From Trichodesmium erythraeum IMS101 (GTDB taxonomy: Bacteria; Cyanobacteriota; Cyanobacteriia; Cyanobacteriales; Microcoleaceae), in contig NC_008312.1 in NCBI RefSeq assembly GCF_000014265.1, positions 930,001 to 962,000 on the forward strand: DNA of 32,000 nt. Direction: 5' to 3'. This document shows, piece by piece, positions 19,911 through 28,933 of the stretch. Every line of letters starts with the position of its first letter. The stretch's first letter is position 1. The notes under the pieces are model-generated. The model ran no database searches and had not been told where the DNA came from. It worked only from the letters and a program-made list of their open reading frames with translations. The translations under genes and the position numbers were made by a program.

Positions 19911-22352
19911 ATGCTGAATTTATCCAAAAATTGTTCGGTCGGTGAGGCTTCCTGCCTAGCTCCACCACCTCAAACTTTAGTGGCGATCGACTCCCGAGTT
20001 GATAACTCTCAAATATTACTTACAGGAGTTAAACCCGGAGTTAAAGCTGTAATTATAGATAGGGAGGAAGATGCTATTCCTCAAATTACTCTAGCTTTAT
20101 CGAAATATCCCGCCCGTAATTTACAAATTGTTTGTCACGGCGAACCGGGTATTTTATATTTAGGCAAAACCCCTATTACTGCCCCTACTATGGAAGGATA
20201 TTCCCATTTGTTAGCAGAGTGGGATGTAGAGGATATTTTATTATATGCTTGTCAAGTGGCGGGTCTCTCCAACAATACCGTTAATTCTTTATTAGCTCGA
20301 CTGCATCAATTAACAGGAGCAAATATTGCTGCCTCAACCCACCGGGTAGGAAGTCAACAGTTAGATGGCAGTTGGGAGTTAGATACTTTTATCGGTCAGG
20401 TTAATTCTGAGTTAGCTTTGTTACCAGAAGTGGTGGAAAGTTATCCGGGGGTATTAGCGACATTTGGTGAACCTACTACTTATCCTACAGGTGGACTTGA
20501 ACCTATCTACTTAAAAACAGGAGACTTGAACAACGACAACATTCCTGATGTTGTGACTGGCAATGGTGAGTCAGATAATGTCTCTATATTTTTAGGTAAA
20601 GGTAATGGTACTTTTGAAGTAGCTACCCGCATTCCAGCAGGAGATGGACCTACTGGCGTCAATATCGGTGACTTCAATAAAGATGGCTTTAATGATATTG
20701 TTGTTAGTAACTTTGATGAAGATACTGTATCAGTCTTTTTAGCTGATGGTATGGGTAGTTTTTTAACTCCTCAAACCTTTGCCGGAATAGGCGCTCCTAC
20801 TGAAATTCAAGTAGCAGACTTTAATAAAGATGGAAATCAAGATATAGTAGTTACAACCCAGTCTAGAGGAAATAGCATCATTACGCTGCTAGGAAATGGG
20901 AATGGTGACTTTAATCAATTAACAACTCAGGCGACAGGTGCTTGGTTGTCAGCTAAAGGGGATTTTAATCAGGATTCGATCCTAGACCTTGCCACTGTTC
21001 AAGCCATTGGTGGCGGTTTGACTTCTTATGTTTCCATCTATTTAGGCAACGGTATTGGCGGTTTTTCTACTCCTGCTCAATATAATACAGGTGGAAATTC
21101 TGGTGATGTGGAAGTAGGTAATTTTAATAACGATCGCTTCATTGACTTGGTTACCACTAACGAGGAGTCAGACAATATTTCTATCCTATTAGGTAATGGA
21201 AATGGTACCTTTGAGAACCCTCTCTTACTTGATGCCAGCGATGCGCCAGATGGTGTGGCTGTAGCTGATCTAAATAAAGATGGTTTTGATGATATTGCGG
21301 TAGCTCACAATAGCTCAAATAATGTTTTAGTGTTTTTAGGAAAAGGGAAAGCTAAATTTGCTTCACCTATTGATCTTCCTACAGGAGGCGCTGACGCCAG
21401 AATTTTAAAGTTATCCGACCTTGATAGTGACAATGACTTGGATATTGTGGTGCCCAATAGAGACTCTTCCAATATCTCAGTGATACTAAATACATCCCTC
21501 ATCGGTAACAACAAAAATAACACCCTCAAAGGAAATAACAAAGCCAACTTCATCAACGGTGTTGGTGGTAAAGATAACTTAAAAGGCAGTGGTGGTAACG
21601 ATACCATATTAGGAGGAGGCGGAAACGATCGCCTAGATGGCAACAGTGGCAATGACACCCTTACTGGTGAAGCAGGGAACGATAGCCTCAACGGTGGCAG
21701 CGGTAACGACAAACTCAACGGTGGTGGAGGCAATGACATACTCAACGGTGGTAGCGGAAGAGATAGACTTGATGGTAGTGGAGGCAACGATATACTTAAT
21801 GGTGGCAGCAGCAATGACAAACTCAACGGTGGTGGAGGCAATGACAAACTCAATGGTGGCAGCGGAAGGGATAGACTGATCGGCAATAATGGCAAGGACA
21901 TCCTAACCGGCGGCAGTGGTAACGATACCATATTAGGAGGCGGTGGAGACGATGAATTAATTGGGGGTAGTGGCAACGACCTACTAAATGGTGGATCCGG
22001 TGACGACAAATTTATCTATAGTAGTCGCAAAGCTTTTAACAGAAAAACCTTCGGCAAAGACAGAATAGCTAACTTTGCCCCAGGATCCGATAAAATTATC
22101 TTAGATAAAACAACATTCACAAGCTTAGATAGCACAGCCGGTGAAAGCTTCAGCAATGACAGCGAATTTGAGATAGTCACCAACAACTCTGCAGCATCCA
22201 GCAGTAGCGCCGAAATTGTTTACGTTTCATCTACCGGCAACTTGTATTACAACCCCAACGGTAGCGACGCCGGTTTTGGTGGTGGCGGGCAGTTTGCTAA
22301 GTTGCTCGGCAGACCCGCTCTAACAGATAGCGACTTTTTAATTGAAAATTAG
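19911..22352 (+). CDS. Large secreted-type protein: DUF4347 N-domain + seven FG-GAP/VCBS repeats (predicted beta-propeller) + ~17 RTX nonapeptide Ca-binding repeats + C-terminal tail
   Basis: The N-terminus (LVAIDSRVDN...LQIVCHGEPGILYLG...ACQVAG...SWELD) is typical of DUF4347. There are seven D-x-N-x-D-x-x-x-D type blades (GDLNNDNIPDVV, GDFNKDGFNDIVV, ADFNKDGNQDIVV, GDFNQDSILDLA, GNFNNDRFIDLV, ADLNKDGFDDIAV, SDLDSDNDLDIVV). GGxGNDxLx repeats span roughly nt 21540-22010. Confidence 0.85.
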   Translation: MLNLSKNCSVGEASCLAPPPQTLVAIDSRVDNSQILLTGVKPGVKAVIIDREEDAIPQITLALSKYPARNLQIVCHGEPGILYLGKTPITAPTMEGYSHLLAEWDVEDILLYACQVAGLSNNTVNSLLARLHQLTGANIAASTHRVGSQQLDGSWELDTFIGQVNSELALLPEVVESYPGVLATFGEPTTYPTGGLEPIYLKTGDLNNDNIPDVVTGNGESDNVSIFLGKGNGTFEVATRIPAGDGPTGVNIGDFNKDGFNDIVVSNFDEDTVSVFLADGMGSFLTPQTFAGIGAPTEIQVADFNKDGNQDIVVTTQSRGNSIITLLGNGNGDFNQLTTQATGAWLSAKGDFNQDSILDLATVQAIGGGLTSYVSIYLGNGIGGFSTPAQYNTGGNSGDVEVGNFNNDRFIDLVTTNEESDNISILLGNGNGTFENPLLLDASDAPDGVAVADLNKDGFDDIAVAHNSSNNVLVFLGKGKAKFASPIDLPTGGADARILKLSDLDSDNDLDIVVPNRDSSNISVILNTSLIGNNKNNTLKGNNKANFINGVGGKDNLKGSGGNDTILGGGGNDRLDGNSGNDTLTGEAGNDSLNGGSGNDKLNGGGGNDILNGGSGRDRLDGSGGNDILNGGSSNDKLNGGGGNDKLNGGSGRDRLIGNNGKDILTGGSGNDTILGGGGDDELIGGSGNDLLNGGSGDDKFIYSSRKAFNRKTFGKDRIANFAPGSDKIILDKTTFTSLDSTAGESFSNDSEFEIVTNNSAASSSSAEIVYVSSTGNLYYNPNGSDAGFGGGGQFAKLLGRPALTDSDFLIEN

Positions 22353-22405
22353 TTGTCCATACTAGAAATTCTAATAGTAGAAACTGGGGTCAAATGATAA
22401 TTCTG

Positions 22406-22431
22406 TAGGGACGTTGCATGCAGCGTCCCTA
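22406..22431. terminator. Strong stem-loop between convergent genes (possible bidirectional terminator)
   Basis: tagggacgttgc / gcagcgtcccta gives about 11-12 bp including one G-U. It lies between the stop of the RTX gene (22352) and the stop of the S51 peptidase gene (22466). No clear U-tract on either strand. Confidence 0.45.
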
Positions 22432-22465
22432 ATTTATGAAACGCTCCTACTGTTGAATTCCTTCT

Positions 22466-23509
22466 TTAATAAGGATTTGAATCTATTTTTCCATTCTCAA
22501 CACTAACCTCATAATAATCATCATTTAATGCTCTATTTCTCAAATCAAAAGTTTCACCATTTCCCCTTTTCCAAATTTTAAACCTACTAAAAGTTAGTGG
22601 AGTTTGAGGTTCACATTTCTCTGGCAGATGGTCTCCTGAGACAAAATAAACAAACCCATCTCTTACCCCTACTACTTCGGCCAAACCATTTTGATCCACA
22701 ATTAAGGAAGTATTTTCATCAACACCAATACCTAAAGCATCAGAAGCCCTTCCATCCCTGAGTAAACGAGCAACAAACGTCATCAACCGACCCATGCGAT
22801 CGCGTTCAGAGAAATGGGTATCTATAATAGTATCCTGCAAATTCTCCCAATAAAAAAAATCTTGATTAAGAGTAATATCCTCGTATGGACTTTCCAATGC
22901 AGTTTCACTGATAACTTTATCAGAACAAGCATTGAAGACAAAATCACTTTGAATCATTGCTCCAGCACTAGTCCCACCAACTGCTCCACCTCTAGCAATG
23001 ACAGATTTAATAGCTCCATCAACTCCCGTGTTTAGATAGTTCCGCAAATATTGACACTGGTCGCCACCAGCAAAGAAAATTACTTCAGCATCCTCAATAT
23101 CTTCTACAACATTCTCTCTTGTAGCCTCCTCTCGATCTGAAATAATCAAAGTCTTGGCCGAGCTTACCCCATCCATAGCCAGAATTGCTTCATTATAAGC
23201 ATCACTACCGGAGTTACGAATTATAACCACATCTACTTTCTTCTCACAAGAATAGCATCCTCGGACTTCATTAATCATCCACTGAATTGCTTCGTCCACA
23301 TCACGACCACCACCACCTAGATCGTAAACTGGACCAGCATGTTGTAGACCAAGATCAGCAGAATTGTTCTCTAAATAACCGTAGCTTTTTACCTGGGGAA
23401 GAAAAACTAATACTGTAGCAACTATTAAGAATAAAACTAATGTTGCTTTTAGTGATTTGTTAAATAAAGAAGTTAAAAACAAATTTAACAAGAAAAGAAA
23501 CCTCATCAA
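22466..23509 (-). CDS. Membrane-anchored or secreted cyanophycinase-like peptidase (family S51)
   Basis: Hydrophobic N-terminus (FLFLLNLFLTSLF, ATLVLFLIVATVLVFL). S51/cyanophycinase-type motifs: LGGGG, FFAGGDQCQY, nucleophile context GGTSAGAM, and IDTHFSERDRMGRL. Confidence 0.75.
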   Translation of the reverse strand: MMRFLFLLNLFLTSLFNKSLKATLVLFLIVATVLVFLPQVKSYGYLENNSADLGLQHAGPVYDLGGGGRDVDEAIQWMINEVRGCYSCEKKVDVVIIRNSGSDAYNEAILAMDGVSSAKTLIISDREEATRENVVEDIEDAEVIFFAGGDQCQYLRNYLNTGVDGAIKSVIARGGAVGGTSAGAMIQSDFVFNACSDKVISETALESPYEDITLNQDFFYWENLQDTIIDTHFSERDRMGRLMTFVARLLRDGRASDALGIGVDENTSLIVDQNGLAEVVGVRDGFVYFVSGDHLPEKCEPQTPLTFSRFKIWKRGNGETFDLRNRALNDDYYEVSVENGKIDSNPY

Positions 23510-24113
23510 TAGATTCCTAGATACTAATACTAAGATAATTTTATTTCAATCATTAGCTATCATCAACTATTTTCACCATTCATTTTTTTTACTTAAAGAT
23601 AACCAAAATTTAACCAAAAATTTGTAATCTAGTAATTAGAAATAATTTATAAAAATTAAATTTTAGTGTTAATATTTATAGTGCAATTCCCATTATCTGA
23701 AGGGAAGATTAAAAGAAAAATATTTAGAGAAAACTATTTTATACAATTTGATATATAATAGTTGTGACAAGTTTTTTATTCATATTCATTTCAGCAATAA
23801 AAACCGTATATTGAAAGTTTATCAAAGCACCATTAACCTTAATTAATAAGTCCAAAAATCAGAAATATATTCAATGTAAAGACTCATCATTTATCAAGAT
23901 TACCTAATTTATTTTTCTTCAGCAGCCACTTATAAAAATTAATTAGTTTGCATATTTTGATAGTATATTTTGATTGCAGTTATAAGCCTGAAGTTAGGAG
24001 TCAAGAGTCATAATTTCAAAGCTTTTTAGTAATTAATTAGATTAGATAAGGAAGGAACTCTGACACAAAGAAGGAAAGCTCATGAATAATAGACAGGAGG
24101 GAAAAAAATAAGC

Positions 24114-24164
24114 ATAAATACTTAAATATAAATACTTAAATATAAATACTTAAGTATAAATACT
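24114..24164. repeat. 14-nt tandem repeat, ~3.6 units (ataaatacttaaat)
   Basis: The units at 24114-24127 and 24128-24141 are identical. 24142-24155 has one substitution (aagt). A partial fourth unit runs to about 24164. Confidence 0.9.
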
Positions 24165-24377
24165 ATAGCTAAAATAGACATAAAAATGTTATTCTAGACA
24201 CGTGATGAGAAAATTTGTCAGCATACTAGCAGCAAACAGTAAACATGAGCTTTGTAAAATAAGAACTAATATTACTCTTTGCAAAAAGTAAAGCTTTGTC
24301 GAAAAAATAAGAATTGAGCAGTTTTGATACTTGCCACTCTTCTCACCCATCAACTTTATAATAAATATAAAAAATAT

Positions 24378-24875
24378 ATGTCACAAGATATAAAAATAGT
24401 ACCTTACTACCAAGGCTATCAAAAAACAACAAAAAGCACAAAGATAACTATTATTAAGGATAATGGTAATGTTTACATTCCTTTTAAAGAGGAACTTGAC
24501 AAAGTCATGAATAGCAACATAGTAAGTGATGCACTAAAAGAAGAAAAAGAGCTGAAAAAGAATCAGGAAAAACTTAGACCCAAAAAACCGACAAAAAATG
24601 TAAAACTAACGTCTTGCTACGAAGGTGATCAAAAAGCAGCAAAAAAGATGAAGACCAAAGAGAAAGTTAGTATTGGCATTGGTAATAATAACAATACACC
24701 GAAAAAACACAAAGCAGTGAATATAAATCAGGAACAAAAAGAGGGAAAGGACAATAGTAGATTAGTCTTTGAAAGTTATAAAGGTACGGGAACAGAAAAG
24801 GCCAAGAAGAAAGTACCTATGAATCTTACTCAAAGACCTACGTTCCGACAAGAGCGGGCAAATGCCTTAAGATAA
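24378..24875 (+). CDS. Lysine-rich hypothetical protein with three internal repeats (165 aa from the ATG at 24378; the tracked ORF opens at a TTG at 24324)
   Basis: A 552-nt open frame is unlikely by chance in stop-rich AT-rich DNA. Three spaced motifs recur: IVPYYQGYQKTTKSTK, LTSCYEGDQKAAKKMK, VFESYKGTGTEKAKKK. I recognise no family. Confidence 0.45.
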   Translation: MSQDIKIVPYYQGYQKTTKSTKITIIKDNGNVYIPFKEELDKVMNSNIVSDALKEEKELKKNQEKLRPKKPTKNVKLTSCYEGDQKAAKKMKTKEKVSIGIGNNNNTPKKHKAVNINQEQKEGKDNSRLVFESYKGTGTEKAKKKVPMNLTQRPTFRQERANALR

Positions 24876-25606
24876 TTGAGGGTGGTAGCTTATGTGAAAA
24901 CAAAATTTCAAAACTCTTTCCTAATTGTGCTTCGGCGCTCTATTAGCTAAAACAAATTGACCGACTATCCTTGCTAGTTCTTCTTGTTCAATTATCTGAC
25001 AGGAGCCGAAAACAAATCAGGAAGCAAAAGTAAGATAATTGATGATTTCTGCTTTGTAGACTGATAACTTAGCCCATTAAAGGAAAAAGCAATACCTCCT
25101 AAAAGCTTGTTTTACCAGTAGCACTTTTCAGTTGTATGAGTGTTTTAACTTGTTTTTACTACAAAACTTTTATCTTTGTGGCCACATCCAGAGAGCTTCC
25201 TGGCTAATTCCAAGAAAGCTGAATACTAAAGTATTATCATCTTTTTTGAGTTGAGCATAAGCTTCAGTTGGCCCAATAATATTTGCTACTATTTCTGGAT
25301 TTCCTACCACAAAAGTTGCACTTTCTTTAGTCACAGGAAAATCATAAATAGAAGTAATATTGACAATAATTTCTCAAAATATTTTCCCTTTAATCTAATT
25401 TTTTTGTAGCAATGCTACCCATGTTAAGTTAGTAAAAATAACTAGATAAATCACAGAAGTTTGTTAACAAGAAAATTATGTAAATAAACAGTATTTAGAA
25501 AGAAAAATTCCAAGTCGAGGAAAGTTTTTGAGAATTGTCTTAGAGGAAAAATTGGATTGCGGAGGTACAGTCAGAAGAAAAATCTGACTTCCTCATAAAG
25601 CTATAG

Positions 25607-27274
25607 CTACTTTTGTTTTTTCAATTTCACAAACACATCATAATTAGTTGTGCGATTATTAAGGATAATAGATGTTACTCCAATAGACTCAATACCATCT
25701 ACCCAAATTTTTTGATTAGCAGGTAACTGGGGAAGAGAAAGATTTTTTTTGCTGAAAGTCCGACTAATATCAATGAAAAAATTACCATTCCAAGCTTCTC
25801 TCTCTAATGGGAGGGTTTTTTGTAAAAATACACTTTCCGCCATAGAATTTGTCGGAGCAGGCAATATTTGATTTTCCACAGATCCTCCTAAAGTGAAAAA
25901 TACTACATTCCCATTCAACCAACCACGAACTACAGTAAACCCACCAAATGGAGAAGTCCATTTTACCACAGGTCTTCCCCTAGCAATAGCTTCACCTACC
26001 TGAAATTTATTCCTCTTCATCACTTGATCTAATTTTTTCAGAGAGTCTTCAGCTACACGGCGATCGCTTGCCTTAACCATAAACACAAACCCCGCAAAAA
26101 ATTTTTGTAACTGCTTCTTATCTTTAGAAACAGGCAGTAAAGATAGAGAATACTCTGCTCCCATCCAGTTGATAAATTCCTTATCTAAATCCATGCCAGT
26201 TGCATTTTTCATGTTTTGACGTAATGTCTCTGGGTTAATAGGTGCTAAGGGATTAGCCACTGCACCCTTAACATAATCAGACCACATTCGCTGTAAATTA
26301 CTGCCAGATAGCATCATTAAAGCATTTCCAGGAACCTTATCTAACATTTCTGTAGCATTATTTTCTACAGTAAACTTTTTCTGGCTATTAGGTTTAAGCC
26401 AAGAAACTGCTTTTAAATTTATACCTTCAGGAACTAAGTTTAAAGTTGCTGCTATTCCCTGGTTATCCTCAAATTGTCTGAGATTTTCCTCAGAAAGAGA
26501 AGTAACAGATTTACTAGAGGTATAAGCAGCAGCAGCAGGGATATTCACATATACCTTAGCAAAAGATGGAGCAGTTTCCAATTTATTAATTGCTTGAGTT
26601 AAACCCGGAGCTTTTTCTAGAGAATTGTCTCCTTTATATATATCAACCACTCGGTTTATTGCCCTTGGAGAATTAGTAACCACCAAAAATTTTTCTCCCA
26701 ATGCTGCTACAGAAAAATCTTGGCTAGCTACTTCTTGAGTTTCTGTAATTTCAATACCTCTGTAGGTACGTTTAACTAATTTACCTTCATTAAGAGAGGG
26801 CGGTTTATCTAAAATTTTTTTAGCTGCAATTGGATCAGCGATCGGCAATACCACCATAGTTGCTTGTTGAGCCGGAGGGGGTGGTGAAGAACCGGGGATA
26901 TTTTCGTTACTGGGTTCAAGAGTAGATTGGCGTAAGAAAGCGATCGCTACTTCCTTGCCTACCCAAGGTTTAATATCTCGTTGATAATTATAACCATAAG
27001 TAGTTAGGAAGCGATCGCGCAAATTCCCTAAAAACTTTTGGAAAGCAGTTTTTGACTCAGAAGTACCAAACTCTTGTAATTTTTTCCATTGATTATAGTC
27101 AGTAGAAACATGTAAAGTTATCATTGTATCCTGGGGGAGAACCTCAGCACCCACAGGTAAATTTTTAACTGTTTCTTTCCTATACATTCCCATGTAGGCG
27201 GTGACACTACCGACAATTATTAATATGGCTGATCCTATTATGGTTAAAGGTAAGATTTTATCTTGCTTTTTCAT
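25607..27274 (-). CDS. Conserved hypothetical protein with a single N-terminal membrane anchor (555 aa). It may belong to the cyanobacterial DUF3352 family, but that assignment is from memory only.
   Basis: Long uninterrupted ORF with ordinary amino-acid composition, three in-gene HIP1 sites, and an N-terminal TM segment (LPLTIIGSAILIIVGSVTAYMGM). I recognised no catalytic motif. Confidence 0.7.
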   Translation of the reverse strand: MKKQDKILPLTIIGSAILIIVGSVTAYMGMYRKETVKNLPVGAEVLPQDTMITLHVSTDYNQWKKLQEFGTSESKTAFQKFLGNLRDRFLTTYGYNYQRDIKPWVGKEVAIAFLRQSTLEPSNENIPGSSPPPPAQQATMVVLPIADPIAAKKILDKPPSLNEGKLVKRTYRGIEITETQEVASQDFSVAALGEKFLVVTNSPRAINRVVDIYKGDNSLEKAPGLTQAINKLETAPSFAKVYVNIPAAAAYTSSKSVTSLSEENLRQFEDNQGIAATLNLVPEGINLKAVSWLKPNSQKKFTVENNATEMLDKVPGNALMMLSGSNLQRMWSDYVKGAVANPLAPINPETLRQNMKNATGMDLDKEFINWMGAEYSLSLLPVSKDKKQLQKFFAGFVFMVKASDRRVAEDSLKKLDQVMKRNKFQVGEAIARGRPVVKWTSPFGGFTVVRGWLNGNVVFFTLGGSVENQILPAPTNSMAESVFLQKTLPLEREAWNGNFFIDISRTFSKKNLSLPQLPANQKIWVDGIESIGVTSIILNNRTTNYDVFVKLKKQK

Positions 27275-28282
27275 TCTTAGCTAAGTAGAAATTAGGGATT
27301 AGAAGTTGGCATAAAGATAATAATATTTAATATTTTTACCAAACAAGGGCTATGGGCAAGGTAAAAGTCCAAAATACAAAAGTCAAAAATAATCTATTAC
27401 TGAGCTTGATAATTTAGAACTGTTTTAACCTGTGCTTTAATTGCTATAGAAAACTGGATTGACACTCTCACTGTTAAATCAAAAATTATAAAGGGAGTGT
27501 CCTTAGGGCAACATTTATGATAGATAATAATATCTTCATTGAACATTTTTTCAAATGGTATTACAAATATAATTTACTCTAGTCCATTAAGTTCTAACCT
27601 TTGACTTTTGACTTCTACGCTTAAGATAACCGCTATAAAAGATTTTATCACTCATATTTGGACTGAATAATACTAGTAATCTCCTACAAATTTAACTTCT
27701 AACTTTTGACTTTCTCTAATTTTATAGGGGTCTATGCTTTATAAACATTTTTCTTTAGGTAATACTTGACAAAATCTCAAAAAAATGTAGCGCATTAAAA
27801 GACTGTTTCTGGAAAAAAGTATATGAAAAAAAGTTTGTCTCTTAAACATCAGTACTTGTATTTAGTGAGAACAAACTATGACACTCTTATAATATAGTTA
27901 GATAAGTTTTAAATTAAATGTAGTAGTCATCAAGTCAAAGGAATAGACATTAATATTCTTGGTAAGGTAGCTCTAAATCTAGGAATTTGGGGACATTGAA
28001 TTGGAGAGAATTGCCACTTACTTCAAAAATAGCTCTTGAGACTTTACTTCTATATTAGCATTTATCTGTTAGGGAATAAATTAATTTAGGCGCACAGTCC
28101 ATTAAAACCACCTTAAATAGTTAGGAAAAAATCTCCCTTGACCTAAAATACTAATCAAGGGATAGGCGTTTTGCAGAGGTTAATTATGACAATAGCAATA
28201 GTTCTTGCAGCAATAATAATCAGTCTTATAAAGCCACAGCTATTCAAAAGTATACTCTCAACTTCTATCTATTAACCAACTA

Positions 28283-28738
28283 TTAATTTAGCTTAGTCTT
28301 AACAATTTCTTGAACTTTTTTACCATCAGCTTTACCCCTCAACTGTTGCATTACCGGGCCCATAACTTTACCCATATCTTTAGCAGAACTAGCACCCACC
28401 TGGACAATAATTTCATCTATTACCTGAGCAATTTCATCATCAGATAACTGTTTTGGCAGATATTCCTCAATAATAGCCAATTCTGCTGCTTCTTGATCTG
28501 CTAGTTCCTGACGACCTACTTGAGTATATTGCTCTATAGAATCCCGACGTTGTTTGGCCAGCCTTGCTAGTATGTCCATTTCTTGAGTTTCTGTCAAAGA
28601 CTCCTTTCCGGCAGCCCTAGCATTTACTTCCTCCTCTAGAATAACTTTTTTGATACTACGAACTGTCTCCAGACGCACCTTTTCCTTGGCCTTCATAGCT
28701 GCTTTAATATCTTCTGTAATCTTATCCTTTAAACTCAT
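28283..28738 (-). CDS. GatB/YqeY domain-containing protein (151 aa from the ATG at 28738)
   Basis: MSLKDKITEDIKAAMKAKEKVRLETVRSIK ... EIIEEYLPKQLSDDE ... MGKVMGPVM ... GKADGKKV matches the YqeY-type layout. The tracked TTG start at 28756 adds 6 aa and is less likely. Confidence 0.85.
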   Translation of the reverse strand: MSLKDKITEDIKAAMKAKEKVRLETVRSIKKVILEEEVNARAAGKESLTETQEMDILARLAKQRRDSIEQYTQVGRQELADQEAAELAIIEEYLPKQLSDDEIAQVIDEIIVQVGASSAKDMGKVMGPVMQQLRGKADGKKVQEIVKTKLN

Positions 28739-28933
28739 AATTCCTATCCTGAGCAAAATGAACTAGCTATTAGCTTTTCAATAAGGAATGTTCCACAAAA
28801 AGCATTTAAAAAATTTAAGTGTAACATTTTACCCCAGTATATTTGAAAAGCCCGTGTTCCACGTTAATAGGTCTGTAAAACCAATACTGTATTATATCTG
28901 TTTAAATACCCAACAAAAAAAACTTTAGATAGT

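Noticed and set aside
21305-22009. 234-aa minus-strand ORF rich in P/L/S (PPLSLSLP...), and the 80-aa plus-strand alternate-frame ORF at 21637-21879
   Set aside because: Both lie entirely inside the RTX nonapeptide repeat DNA of the 813-aa gene. Periodic GGxGNDxL coding suppresses stops in the other frames, which produces low-complexity shadow ORFs.
21540-22010. Periodic 27-nt DNA repeats that might be mistaken for a CRISPR-like or tandem-repeat array
   Set aside because: The periodicity is that of in-frame RTX nonapeptides within a long ORF. There are no unique spacers of constant length and no leader or cas genes.
28739-28756. TTG start at 28756 for the YqeY-domain gene, and TTG start at 24324 for the lysine-rich ORF
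   Set aside because: In both cases an in-frame ATG lies a few codons downstream (28738 and 24378). That ATG gives an N-terminus typical for the family (MSLKDKI...) or removes a hydrophobic AT-rich lead-in. The ATG starts are preferred but not proven.
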